The notes beneath the pieces were generated by a model. The model did not search any database. It was not told the DNA's origin and worked only from the letters and a program-made list of their open reading frames with translations. Positions 20,772 through 30,160 of a stretch of DNA of 64,000 nt are shown one piece after another (position 1 is the stretch's first letter; every line of letters begins with the position of its first letter). Made by a program: the position numbers and the translations under genes. The DNA is taken from positions 124,001 through 188,000 of IMG/VR virus record IMGVR_UViG_3300043399_000272; one strand, given 5' to 3'.

Positions 20772-22062
20772 CTATTTTTGTGTCGCGCCTTGGACTCATA
20801 CTTATCTAAGTCCCCAAAGTGAACGTAGATTGTGTTGTGCTAGTAGAGAAACTGCTAGTTTTCAAAAACAGTACATCGATAGCGGTGACAAATATAATGA
20901 ATACAGCCCCGTAACACTGGAAGAACACTGGAATAGTGAACACATGAAAAGTGTTCGCCGCCGTATATTGAATGGAGAAAGTATCCCAGAATGTCAAGTT
21001 TGCAATAATAACTTATTGAATCTATACACATATCGTCAATATTTTACTAACAATCTTTTCCCACATAAAGTTGATGAAATATTATCATCCACTGATGAAA
21101 CTGGTTATACTACAATGAAACCAATTTCATTTGATTATCGCATTTACAATCTATGTAATTTTAAGTGCAGAATGTGCGGAGAACAGCTATCTAGTTCATG
21201 GGAAACCGAAAAGCGTAAAATGAATATGTGGTCACCTACACATGACCGATGGATGCTTCCTGAAAATAAAGCTAAAATAGAAAACTTTCAACAAACTGTT
21301 GCTGAAAATGAGTTGTGGGAAGCGGTAAAGAACGGAACAATAGAAGAAATTTACTGGGTCGGTGGAGAACCATTAATGTACGAGATTCATTGGGACATAA
21401 TGAAATATCTTGTAGAAAATGATTTAGCAAAAAATGTAGTTGTTAGATATAATACCAACCTTAGTAAAACTTCATTTAAAGGTGTAGAGTTATATGATTT
21501 ACTACCGCACTTTAAGAAAGTAAACATCTGTGCTAGTATGGATGCCACCGGAGAAGTTGCAGAATATATTAGAACAGGCCTTGATTGGGATATTTGGTTA
21601 GATAACTTTAAACGCGGAATCTTTTTAAACGACATTTATGGCATGGATGCAATGGTATTAGATGTTACACTAACATTGCCCGGTTTGTTAGATATGAAAA
21701 ATTTAATTGATTTAGCAGTTGAATTAAAAGTTAAAAGTTATGTAAAGATATGTTTTGACTTTACCCCTAGCGCAATAATGAGTCCTATGTGTGTACCTAG
21801 AAATATATTAAATCCGATATTGGACGATTTAATAGAATACGAACAGACACATGGAAATGAATTCACTAAAATATATAAAGAAACTTTCAACGATATGAAG
21901 ACCAGACCGAACTTTAGTGACAAGTATCCTGATATTAATAAAGGGCTATCTGACGGTAAACATAGATATATTCGGATTGATGAATATAGAAAAGAAAAAG
22001 ATTTATTATTGAATATTTTAAGTCGGAATAAAGAATTATCAGATTGGTATAAAAATATATGA
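20746..22062 (+). CDS. Radical SAM protein with Twitch/SPASM-like domain
   Basis: CNFKCRMC, VGGEP; CVAPW..RLCC..ECQVC; ATG 20746 follows GGAG. Confidence 0.9.
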   Translation: MSDQKKVSDYFCVAPWTHTYLSPQSERRLCCASRETASFQKQYIDSGDKYNEYSPVTLEEHWNSEHMKSVRRRILNGESIPECQVCNNNLLNLYTYRQYFTNNLFPHKVDEILSSTDETGYTTMKPISFDYRIYNLCNFKCRMCGEQLSSSWETEKRKMNMWSPTHDRWMLPENKAKIENFQQTVAENELWEAVKNGTIEEIYWVGGEPLMYEIHWDIMKYLVENDLAKNVVVRYNTNLSKTSFKGVELYDLLPHFKKVNICASMDATGEVAEYIRTGLDWDIWLDNFKRGIFLNDIYGMDAMVLDVTLTLPGLLDMKNLIDLAVELKVKSYVKICFDFTPSAIMSPMCVPRNILNPILDDLIEYEQTHGNEFTKIYKETFNDMKTRPNFSDKYPDINKGLSDGKHRYIRIDEYRKEKDLLLNILSRNKELSDWYKNI

Positions 22063-23213
22063 GTAAGACATTTTGTCCATTACCTTGGATGCATTTAGCG
22101 ACACATCCTGAGGGTAAAGCTACATTATGCTGTGTGAGCGACCATACTAACAACATGTCTGTTGCAAGAACCAACGGTAAAGTTTTAAATCTTAACAGAA
22201 ATAAAGTAATTGAAATAATGAACAGCGATTATTATGTTGAGGTCAGAAATCAGATGCGTCAGGGCATTAAGCCAAAATCTTGTTTGAGATGTTACAATGA
22301 AGAAGATATGGGCATTGTTAGTAAACGAGAATTAGAAACTTCCAGATTTGGCACTGATTACAGAGATAATAATGGTATAATAGATCCTAATCTAAAGTTT
22401 ATTGAGTTGCGCCTGGGCAATTTATGTAATGTTAAATGTAGAACCTGTAACCCTGCATCTAGCACTCAATGGATTACTGAGTATAACAAACTACAAAATG
22501 AATTATCTTTTGTCACACACTATGATAGTAAGATTAATACAGATTGGACACAATCAGATCAATTTTGGGAAGATTTATTAGAAAACAGTAAAGACGTTGA
22601 GCTAATATATATCAACGGTGGAGAACCAACATTAGTAGAAAAACACTGGAATTATTTAGAAAGATTAATTGATAAAGGACTGAATAAACAAGTTAAATTG
22701 TGGTACAGTATTAACATGACAAATGTACCTGACAAACTAATTAACATTTGGAAACAATTCAAAGAAGTAGAAGTTCATGGCAGTGTAGATGATCTTGGCC
22801 AGCGCAATAGTTACATACGAAAAGGAACTAAATGGGAAGATGTTGAGAAAAGTCTAAAAAAAATAAAAGAAAATGATTGGATAAAATTTAGTGTCACTCA
22901 AACAGTAAGTTGGATGAACATCTATTACGTAGATGAATTCAAAAAATACTTTGATAATTTGAATATACCAACACAAACAAATCTGGTTTATGATCCTAAA
23001 TTTTATAGTATATGCATCCTACCAGAACATATCAAATACCAATTACAGGATAAGATATCTAACTTTGGTAATTTGTTAAATCAAGTTTCTACTGACATAA
23101 ATACAGAGTTATTTAATCAGGGGATGATATACAATAAATGGTTGGACACCCATCGAAATGAAAGATTTTCTGAAATATTTACTGAATGGTCCGCTGTACT
23201 TGGATACAAATGA
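22059..23213 (+). CDS. Radical SAM protein with Twitch/SPASM-like domain
   Basis: CNVKCRTC, NGGEP; CPLPW..TLCC..SCLRC. Confidence 0.9.
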   Translation: MSKTFCPLPWMHLATHPEGKATLCCVSDHTNNMSVARTNGKVLNLNRNKVIEIMNSDYYVEVRNQMRQGIKPKSCLRCYNEEDMGIVSKRELETSRFGTDYRDNNGIIDPNLKFIELRLGNLCNVKCRTCNPASSTQWITEYNKLQNELSFVTHYDSKINTDWTQSDQFWEDLLENSKDVELIYINGGEPTLVEKHWNYLERLIDKGLNKQVKLWYSINMTNVPDKLINIWKQFKEVEVHGSVDDLGQRNSYIRKGTKWEDVEKSLKKIKENDWIKFSVTQTVSWMNIYYVDEFKKYFDNLNIPTQTNLVYDPKFYSICILPEHIKYQLQDKISNFGNLLNQVSTDINTELFNQGMIYNKWLDTHRNERFSEIFTEWSAVLGYK

Positions 23214-23214
23214 A

Positions 23215-24054
23215 ATGAGTTATTTACTAACATCACCGTTCGGGAATGAACACTCGATAAATAAAAGTTTCGCTCATACTGATATTAAAAGTAATTTTAA
23301 TACAAACAAATTGTTGTTTGGTCCGGAATGGATTTGGTCTACCATTCCTATAAATTACAATCACAATTCTCATGGTTATAGAATGGACAAGGAGTTAGAT
23401 GAAGTAGATTTATCTAACTATATTGCCTTTTTTGGATGTAGTTTTACAGTAGGTATTGGTTTACCGTTAACATATACATTTGCATATAAATCAGCAAATC
23501 AGTTAAATGTAGACTATGTTAATGGCGCTGTAAGCGGATCTTCCTGTGACTATGCATTTCATAATATTGTGAAATTAATTTCAACTGCGAAGATAAAACC
23601 GAAAGCAATTATTATAAATTGGCCAGAGATAACTAGAACTTTTTATTGGAAAAACAATACCATGGAATTTTATCTAGTAAACGCAGATTTAGGCTCATAT
23701 TATTGGAAAAATGCATATAGAGCATTTCTTATGGAAGAATCACATCTGTATAATAGATTTGAATTTATCCGATCTACTGTAAAACTGTTATGTAGCGCAT
23801 TTAATATTAGACTTTTTGAATTTACTACATATCAATCGGATTTAAAAACTTTTTTAAAAAAATATCCTGACATTGGATTTACACATATAGTAGATCAAGA
23901 GAATAAACTAGATCCAACTTCTGTGGAATATTTAAATAATTTTAGTGCCAGGGACGTTTTGACAAAAAATGGCAGTCATTATGGTTATCATCCGGGAATA
24001 TACTTTCATAATCAGGCAACAAAACAGATAGTAGAGTGGTTTAACAATGTTTAA
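23215..24054 (+). CDS. SGNH/GDSL hydrolase-like protein
   Basis: NSHGYR, FFGCSFTVG, N.AVSGSS and a C-terminal D...HPG..H. Confidence 0.55.
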   Translation: MSYLLTSPFGNEHSINKSFAHTDIKSNFNTNKLLFGPEWIWSTIPINYNHNSHGYRMDKELDEVDLSNYIAFFGCSFTVGIGLPLTYTFAYKSANQLNVDYVNGAVSGSSCDYAFHNIVKLISTAKIKPKAIIINWPEITRTFYWKNNTMEFYLVNADLGSYYWKNAYRAFLMEESHLYNRFEFIRSTVKLLCSAFNIRLFEFTTYQSDLKTFLKKYPDIGFTHIVDQENKLDPTSVEYLNNFSARDVLTKNGSHYGYHPGIYFHNQATKQIVEWFNNV

Positions 24055-24148
24055 TTTTTTTAAAAAAATCTTTTGTAAGGTAATATTTGATATTAGATAT
24101 CGTAAAAGAATCAAAAAGCTAAAGAAAGCAGATCCGTTTATTTACTAA
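24047..24148 (+). CDS. 33-aa basic peptide upstream of the carbamoyltransferase
   Basis: MFNFFKKIFCKVIFDIRYRKRIKKLKKADPFIY fills the gap exactly and is coupled to both neighbours. Confidence 0.55.
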   Translation: MFNFFKKIFCKVIFDIRYRKRIKKLKKADPFIY

Positions 24149-24149
24149 T

Positions 24150-25631
24150 ATGAATTATATTGGAATATCATCAGGGTTTCACGATGCATCCGTAACTGTT
24201 CTTAAAGACGGACAAATTCTATTTGCGGGTCACAGTGAACGTTATAGTAAAATAAAAAATGACAAGAATTTAGACGTTGACCTCATCAAAGATGCATTAA
24301 GTTATATTGATGGCCCGCACGAATTGCATTATTATGAAAAACCCTGGTTAAAGGTTTTGCGTCAATGGTACGCTGGACAAAAAACTCATTGGTCTAATAT
24401 ATTTACTAGCAATGTGATCGGTAAGAGTTATCACGAAATGTTAGGGAAAAAGACTATTCATACACACAGTCATCATTTAAGCCATGCTGCTGCAGGGTTT
24501 CAAACTAGCCCATTTAATGAAGCAACTATTGTCGTTATTGATGCTATCGGTGAGTTTGATACTGTAACTATTTGGAGTGCTCATTATGATTATAATCACA
24601 ATGCGGTATACAAAAAACTTTATACAAAACGCTATCCAAATAGTATCGGTCTTTTCTATAGCGCAGTTACTAAGCGTGTAGGGTTGAGACCCAATGATGA
24701 AGAATACATCACTATGGGAATGTCTGCTTATGGTTCACCTGTAGTTATAAGTGAGTTATGTTCTGAAGTTTTTGATGACTTAAATGAATTAAAATTTAGA
24801 AAAAATTTACATATAGGGTTTGACGAAGATTTCTTACCAAATGCAAAAGATGAAGATATTGCCCGCTCAGCACAAGATATAGTCGAACACTCAATAATGA
24901 ATATTATGCAAAAAGCTAGAACATTGAGTGAAAGCAATAATCTTGTCTATGCAGGTGGTGTAGCATTAAATTGTTTAGCTAATCGTTTGATTGGAAAATA
25001 TTTCTCTAACCTTTGGATAATGCCCAATCCAGGTGATGCTGGCTCTAGTTTAGGAGCAGCATGTTTAGGTTACAGAAAAAAAGTAGAATTTAATTCAGCT
25101 TTCTTGGGTCACGAAATTCAAGGTGAATATCCAGTTCATAATATCTTGCAAGGATTGTTGACAGACAAGATAGTAGGTGTTGCTAGTGGTAAGGCTGAGT
25201 TCGGCCCCAGAGCATTTGGTAATAGAAGTTTATTAGCAGATCCTAGAAGTAAAGACATAAAAGATCAGGTAAACGAAATTAAGCGCAGACAGAAGTTCAG
25301 ACCTTTCGCACCTGTTATATTAGAAGAACATGCACCTAACTATTTCATTATGCCATTAAATTGGAAGAATTCACGTTATATGCAAGTTGTTGCTAAGTGC
25401 AAGAATCCTGAACGATTCCCTGCAATCGTGCATGTAGATGGCACTAGCAGAGTGCAAACTGTTCCTAAAGACGGATCAGGAATTCGTAAGCTATTAGAAG
25501 AATGGCATAAAAAGACTGGGTGCCCAATGTTATTGAACACTAGTTTAAACATTCGAGGCGAACCAATGGTTAATGATCGGGCAGATGCGGATAGATTTGA
25601 ACAGCTATATAATGTTAAAGTCTATAGTTAA
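24150..25631 (+). CDS. Carbamoyltransferase, NodU/CmcH family
   Basis: HDAS, ERYS..KND, HH.SHAA, DAIGE, GGVALN, GDAGSS.GA, EFGPRA.GNRS, FRPFAP, H.DGT.R.QTV, LLNTSLN..GEP. Confidence 0.95.
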   Translation: MNYIGISSGFHDASVTVLKDGQILFAGHSERYSKIKNDKNLDVDLIKDALSYIDGPHELHYYEKPWLKVLRQWYAGQKTHWSNIFTSNVIGKSYHEMLGKKTIHTHSHHLSHAAAGFQTSPFNEATIVVIDAIGEFDTVTIWSAHYDYNHNAVYKKLYTKRYPNSIGLFYSAVTKRVGLRPNDEEYITMGMSAYGSPVVISELCSEVFDDLNELKFRKNLHIGFDEDFLPNAKDEDIARSAQDIVEHSIMNIMQKARTLSESNNLVYAGGVALNCLANRLIGKYFSNLWIMPNPGDAGSSLGAACLGYRKKVEFNSAFLGHEIQGEYPVHNILQGLLTDKIVGVASGKAEFGPRAFGNRSLLADPRSKDIKDQVNEIKRRQKFRPFAPVILEEHAPNYFIMPLNWKNSRYMQVVAKCKNPERFPAIVHVDGTSRVQTVPKDGSGIRKLLEEWHKKTGCPMLLNTSLNIRGEPMVNDRADADRFEQLYNVKVYS

Positions 25632-27964
25632 TGATTACACAAGACGAACTACAACGCCGACAAGATTTGTGGGCACAGGGGTATTGGGAAGTACCCGAAA
25701 ATTTAGATACAAGTAACTTCAATTTCGATTGGCGCCCTGATCCATGGGATAGACCATATATTCATCAGTTCGGGACACAATGGCAAAAGACAGGTGGACC
25801 TAGATTTGTTGTCCCTCAAAATGAAGGGATAAAATATCAAACTAGTCAAACAGCAATAAGAGTACAAAACGAGAATGATAGAAGCTGGCGCCCAATGCTA
25901 GCTAATATTGAAATGGATTACTCTTGGCACCCTGACGAAACAGATCCTCCCTTTATATATGTGTTCGGCAATCAGCATTATGGTCCTGAACTCATGCCTA
26001 CAGTGATGTACAGAGTTAAAGGCGCTACTGAAAAGAAGTTTGTTGCTGATGTTACAGCGAAACTATTACCTAATAAAGAAAAGTTCAAATCACTGACAGA
26101 AGTACAGTTTGATTTTGATTATTCTTGGGTACCACATCCATATGACCCTCCCTACAACTATGTGTTCGGTAACCAACATCATAATAGTAAAGATATGCCC
26201 ACACTGATGTATTGTGTTAGCGGAGCAGTAACTGAGAAATATATAGACGATGTAAAAGCTACACTAATCGCTGATAAATCACGATGGGTAATTCCCGATC
26301 ATATAGATGATACAGAGTTTGACTACAGTTGGTATCCCAGTATACACGAACCCAAACAAACGTACCAATTTGGAACTCAATGGCAGAAGACAGGTGGACC
26401 TAAATTAGTTATAGGAGATGGTGTAACGAAGTTCATGGATTTTATGCGTGTTGTTAAATTAGCTGATCCTAATAACAGAGCATGGCGCCCAATGTTTAAT
26501 GTTGAGTTTGATTATAGTTGGCACCCAGATGATACAGAACCTGCTTATAATTATGTATTTGGCAATCAGTGGCACAGCAGTAATAAAATGCCTACTGTCA
26601 TATATAAAGTCAAAGGTGCAACAGCTACAAAATACATTGATGCTTTAAAAGCAATATTGAAACCAGACTTAACTAATTGGAATATTCCTGATGATGTTGA
26701 TGTAACACATTTTGATTTTAGTTGGGTACCTGACCCCAATGAGCCACCATACATATATCAGTTCGGTACGCAATGGCAAAAAACAGGCGGACCTCAGTAC
26801 ATAGTTAAAGGAGCTGAACATACTAAGTTCGTAGACATTCAACGAGCAATAAAGTTACCCAATTTACGCAATTGGAGAATCATTGAACCTATTGTTAAAG
26901 ATACCTTTGATTTTAGTTGGCATCCTGACGCAACAGAAGAAAACTACACGTATGTTTTCGGTAATCAGTATTTTGATGCTGAGAAAATGCCTACACTGAT
27001 GTACAAAAGTAAACAGACTGTTGGTAATAAGTATGTAACTGATATTAAGGCAAATCTGTACATTACAGTTATAAACTATACGGATTCAATTTATGAAAGT
27101 GTAATCGACAGTAAGTTTGAAACTGCATATGGATTGTTTACGAAGCCTGGTACTGAGATTGACCTTAGTAAAATTATCAGTGGTAAAATTGATACACTTC
27201 ACATTGCAGGTGATAGTGCTATTGTACCTAGAAATTGTAGAATGTTAATACATGATAAGTTAACTGATTATTATAATGTTGTAAGACATTACGATAGAGA
27301 AACTAAGCCGCTAGACATTATATTCTTCAGTAATGGTGAAGCATGTGCAGATGAAAACATGGATCATCTATTGAGTCTAAATCTACCGAATAGAATAGTT
27401 CATATCAAAGGTGTGAATGGTCGTGTGGCAAGCCAACATGCGGCAGCACAAGCTAGCAATACTGATTGGTATTTCTTAGTAAACGCTAAGTTACAAGTTA
27501 ACAAAGATTTTGATTTTAATTGGCAACCTGATATACTAAAGTCACGTAGACATTATATCTTTAGAGCAACCAATCCAGTTAACGGATTAGAATATGGACA
27601 CCAAGCTATTGTTGCTAATAACAAAATACTGACACTGAACACAGTAGTTCGAGGTCTTGACTTTACTATGGATAGCGCACATGAAGTTGTCAATATCAAT
27701 AGCGGTATCAGTAGATACAATACAAGCGAATGGGACACATACAGAACAGCATTCCGTGAATGTATTAAATTGAAGCATTATGGTGATAGTGAGAGTCTAG
27801 CTAGACTAAATATATGGCTAACAATAGCAAATGGTGATTTTGCCCAATATAGTTTACTTGGAGCTAAAGACGCTGTTGAATATTACAACTCAGTCAATGG
27901 TGATATTGAAAAACTAAAATTAAGTTATGATTGGGCCTGGATTAAAGAAAGGTTTGAAAAATGA
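25631..27964 (+). CDS. Repeat protein with C-terminal glycosyltransferase-like domain
   Basis: Seven FD(Y/F)SW.P...P.Y.Y.FG.Q repeats; the C-terminus (DIIFFSNGE..GVNGR..S..AAA..NGL.YG..AFRE..K) resembles 16922-17869. Confidence 0.6.
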   Translation: MITQDELQRRQDLWAQGYWEVPENLDTSNFNFDWRPDPWDRPYIHQFGTQWQKTGGPRFVVPQNEGIKYQTSQTAIRVQNENDRSWRPMLANIEMDYSWHPDETDPPFIYVFGNQHYGPELMPTVMYRVKGATEKKFVADVTAKLLPNKEKFKSLTEVQFDFDYSWVPHPYDPPYNYVFGNQHHNSKDMPTLMYCVSGAVTEKYIDDVKATLIADKSRWVIPDHIDDTEFDYSWYPSIHEPKQTYQFGTQWQKTGGPKLVIGDGVTKFMDFMRVVKLADPNNRAWRPMFNVEFDYSWHPDDTEPAYNYVFGNQWHSSNKMPTVIYKVKGATATKYIDALKAILKPDLTNWNIPDDVDVTHFDFSWVPDPNEPPYIYQFGTQWQKTGGPQYIVKGAEHTKFVDIQRAIKLPNLRNWRIIEPIVKDTFDFSWHPDATEENYTYVFGNQYFDAEKMPTLMYKSKQTVGNKYVTDIKANLYITVINYTDSIYESVIDSKFETAYGLFTKPGTEIDLSKIISGKIDTLHIAGDSAIVPRNCRMLIHDKLTDYYNVVRHYDRETKPLDIIFFSNGEACADENMDHLLSLNLPNRIVHIKGVNGRVASQHAAAQASNTDWYFLVNAKLQVNKDFDFNWQPDILKSRRHYIFRATNPVNGLEYGHQAIVANNKILTLNTVVRGLDFTMDSAHEVVNINSGISRYNTSEWDTYRTAFRECIKLKHYGDSESLARLNIWLTIANGDFAQYSLLGAKDAVEYYNSVNGDIEKLKLSYDWAWIKERFEK
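25690..27040 (+). repeat. Seven ~65-aa intragenic repeats of two subtypes, order A-B-B-A-B-A-B (boundaries approximate)
   Basis: Type A QFGTQWQKTGGP occurs three times; type B VFGNQ..MPT..Y occurs four times. Confidence 0.8.
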
Positions 27965-28056
27965 CTTATGTAGCTTGGATTATTGGTGGAGCGATTGTAG
28001 CCGCATGCATTTATTGGATTATGGATTGGCAAAGTCAGCACGAAGACGGCGAATGA
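27961..28056 (+). CDS. 31-aa membrane peptide
   Basis: MTYVAWIIGGAIVAACIYWIMDWQSQHEDGE; ATGA overlap. Confidence 0.5.
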   Translation: MTYVAWIIGGAIVAACIYWIMDWQSQHEDGE

Positions 28057-28077
28057 CCAAAACTGCATAAATACTTT

Positions 28078-28644
28078 ATGCGAATCAAAGACTTGACAGA
28101 ATCCAGTGGCTATAGCCTTAGGGGCAGTTTTACTAGTGACTTAGTGACTAGTAAAGTTTGGTTATTAGATGAACTATCCAAGATATCAGATAGTTTTAGC
28201 ACTATATATGTGTTAGGTTCTTGGTATGGTAACACCGCCATTCTGTTAGAACTACTTAATAATATCGACTACGACACCCTAATCAATGTTGAATCAAACA
28301 AGAAATTTTTAAGTGGTAGCAAAAAACTATTGGATAATTTAGGGGCAACCAACATACAATATATGTTAAAGGATGCCAATACCCTAGATTATCGTCAGTT
28401 GGGCAATGACGGTGTAGTTATTAATACTAGCCTTACGGACATGCAGGGTACAGATTGGTTTGATAATATACCACCTGGTACATTAGTTGTAATGCAAGCA
28501 AGAGATAATGACCCGGGAGAGAAATTTTCTAGCCCAAAAGATATTGTCAGAAAATTTCCAGTTCGTGTGTTATATCAGGGGTCAAAGAATCTAGAAGATC
28601 CTGAGGCTAAATATAATAGATTTATGGTAATTGGAATCAAATAA
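28078..28644 (+). CDS. Class I SAM-dependent methyltransferase-like protein with capsid-targeting-like N-terminus
   Basis: IYVLGSWYG, INVE, VINTS, RFMVIG; N-terminus MRIKDLTES. Confidence 0.5.
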   Translation: MRIKDLTESSGYSLRGSFTSDLVTSKVWLLDELSKISDSFSTIYVLGSWYGNTAILLELLNNIDYDTLINVESNKKFLSGSKKLLDNLGATNIQYMLKDANTLDYRQLGNDGVVINTSLTDMQGTDWFDNIPPGTLVVMQARDNDPGEKFSSPKDIVRKFPVRVLYQGSKNLEDPEAKYNRFMVIGIK

Positions 28645-29528
28645 TGAAATCAAGCGAATTTATAACTGAAAATATAATTCAAGAAATAGGACGTCTAAGT
28701 AAAAGCGGCTTTGAAGGCGGCAAAGAATACCTAGACAGCTACAGTAGAGAAAAGTCTGTTCAGCCATTGCCCGGGGGTAGCGGCCTGCTGTATTCCATAA
28801 CCACCGTCAGTGGCGGCGATTTTATCATCAAGCTATGGGACAAGGACAACAAAGATCCGTTTGAGCCTACACCTATAGATGCCGAGCGCCCGTCCTTTTA
28901 TACCAGACGAGAGTGGGAACAACGCATAGAGCGTATCAAACAACGGGATGTTGACCGCAAGCGAGTATATGATAGGTCGCCTGGTAAATTGATAGGTCAA
29001 CTCACAGTAGACGATGTCGGCGGTAGTTTCCCACTGCCCGGTGCTGTACAAGTGGGCACCATCACTGTGGACGAAGATTATCGCGGCATGGGCTTGGCCA
29101 AAGCACTGTATGGCATTGTGTTGACTATCATGCGTCGACCTTTGCTAGCTGGTTCTAGCCAAACACCCGGTGGTCGTAAAAACTGGTTAAGCCTAAGTCA
29201 AATTCCCGGCGTGGAAATGAAGGGTTATTTAAAAATAGATGACTATGACCTAGAGACCCGCGATACTTCTGATGTAAGTAACGCTCGTGACAAGCGTTGG
29301 GCAGCTAATCAGAACAAACACGCGGAACAAAGAATAGATACTATCATGGGTGAACTAGGTGGACAATATATAGGCAAAGCCTCTGACCGACATTACTTTG
29401 CCTTTGACGTAAAACCTAGCACCACTAAACAAGAATTACAAGCGTATGTAGACACAAACCTAAGCAAAGTCTACGGTAGTTATAATTCAGACACTGGTCT
29501 ATATGCAGTTTGGACAGGCATAAATTGA
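28644..29528 (+). CDS. GNAT acetyltransferase-domain protein
   Basis: ITVDEDYRGMGLAKALY acetyl-CoA motif; QTPGG..W; N-terminus MKSSEFITE. Confidence 0.65.
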   Translation: MKSSEFITENIIQEIGRLSKSGFEGGKEYLDSYSREKSVQPLPGGSGLLYSITTVSGGDFIIKLWDKDNKDPFEPTPIDAERPSFYTRREWEQRIERIKQRDVDRKRVYDRSPGKLIGQLTVDDVGGSFPLPGAVQVGTITVDEDYRGMGLAKALYGIVLTIMRRPLLAGSSQTPGGRKNWLSLSQIPGVEMKGYLKIDDYDLETRDTSDVSNARDKRWAANQNKHAEQRIDTIMGELGGQYIGKASDRHYFAFDVKPSTTKQELQAYVDTNLSKVYGSYNSDTGLYAVWTGIN

Positions 29529-29541
29529 CCGGAGTAAAATA

Positions 29542-29625
29542 ATGTATGACCCAGATGACAACATGATACACTTTGCTGTGGGAATGGTAATCTGTGCTCT
29601 TGTTTTTGCATTAGTTTTAATGTAA
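29542..29625 (+). CDS. 27-aa membrane peptide
   Basis: GGAG SD; MYDPDDNMIHFAVGMVICALVFALVLM. Confidence 0.4.
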   Translation: MYDPDDNMIHFAVGMVICALVFALVLM

Positions 29626-29635
29626 AATAAATAAA

Positions 29636-29675
29636 AGTTATTGCTGTATGAAGCAAAGAGAAAAGTGTTCTGGAC
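29636..29675 (+). repeat. 40-bp direct repeat, copy 1 (truncated copy of the tmRNA acceptor piece)
   Basis: agttattgctgtatgaagcaaagagaaaagtgttctggac is identical to 30159-30198. Confidence 0.95.
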
Positions 29676-29716
29676 GCAAGGCGCTTAACAGTTCTTCTAC
29701 CACGCATAAATACTAG

Positions 29717-30130
29717 ATGCGTATTTCGGAAATTATCACAGAAGAAATAAATCCAGATATCCTCAATCCACATTTCCGTCACGAACAAAAGATTGGGGAT
29801 TACACCTATACTGCAACAACCAGCACCAACTATGGTCTGGAGCTAGTTGTCCAAGCGTTTGATGGTAAAAAGCAAATTGGAAAATGTGACTTTGAGATAA
29901 TTGCTGACGAAAAACCACCTCGGTTGGTCAGCAACGACACCTGGGTGGACGGCCGATACCAAGAGCAAGGTGTTGCTACCACAATGTATGCCTATGCCAA
30001 GATGTTGGGCAACGACATCGTTCCGCACGAAATACAATCGGATGCTGGCAATAGAATGTGGCGTTCTTGGCATCAAGCCAAACAATCAAAGCATATCATG
30101 CCTCGTGGGTATGATCCCTTTAAGAGTTGA
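29717..30130 (+). CDS. GNAT acetyltransferase-like protein
   Basis: TWVDGRYQEQGVATTMY, QSDAG..MW; N-terminus MRISEIITEE. Confidence 0.6.
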   Translation: MRISEIITEEINPDILNPHFRHEQKIGDYTYTATTSTNYGLELVVQAFDGKKQIGKCDFEIIADEKPPRLVSNDTWVDGRYQEQGVATTMYAYAKMLGNDIVPHEIQSDAGNRMWRSWHQAKQSKHIMPRGYDPFKS

Positions 30131-30155
30131 CAACACTCAAAAATAAATATACAAT
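30127..30155 (+). promoter_or_regulatory. sigma70 promoter of the tmRNA
   Basis: TTGACA-17 nt-TACAAT, with TAAATA inside the spacer. Confidence 0.85.
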
Positions 30156-30160
30156 GTGAG

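Noticed and set aside
17869-24148. Classical RiPP cluster with the 33-aa peptide as precursor
   Set aside because: No RRE/PqqD, peptidase or transporter was seen, and the neighbours are sugar-modifying enzymes. It is not excluded but is unsupported.
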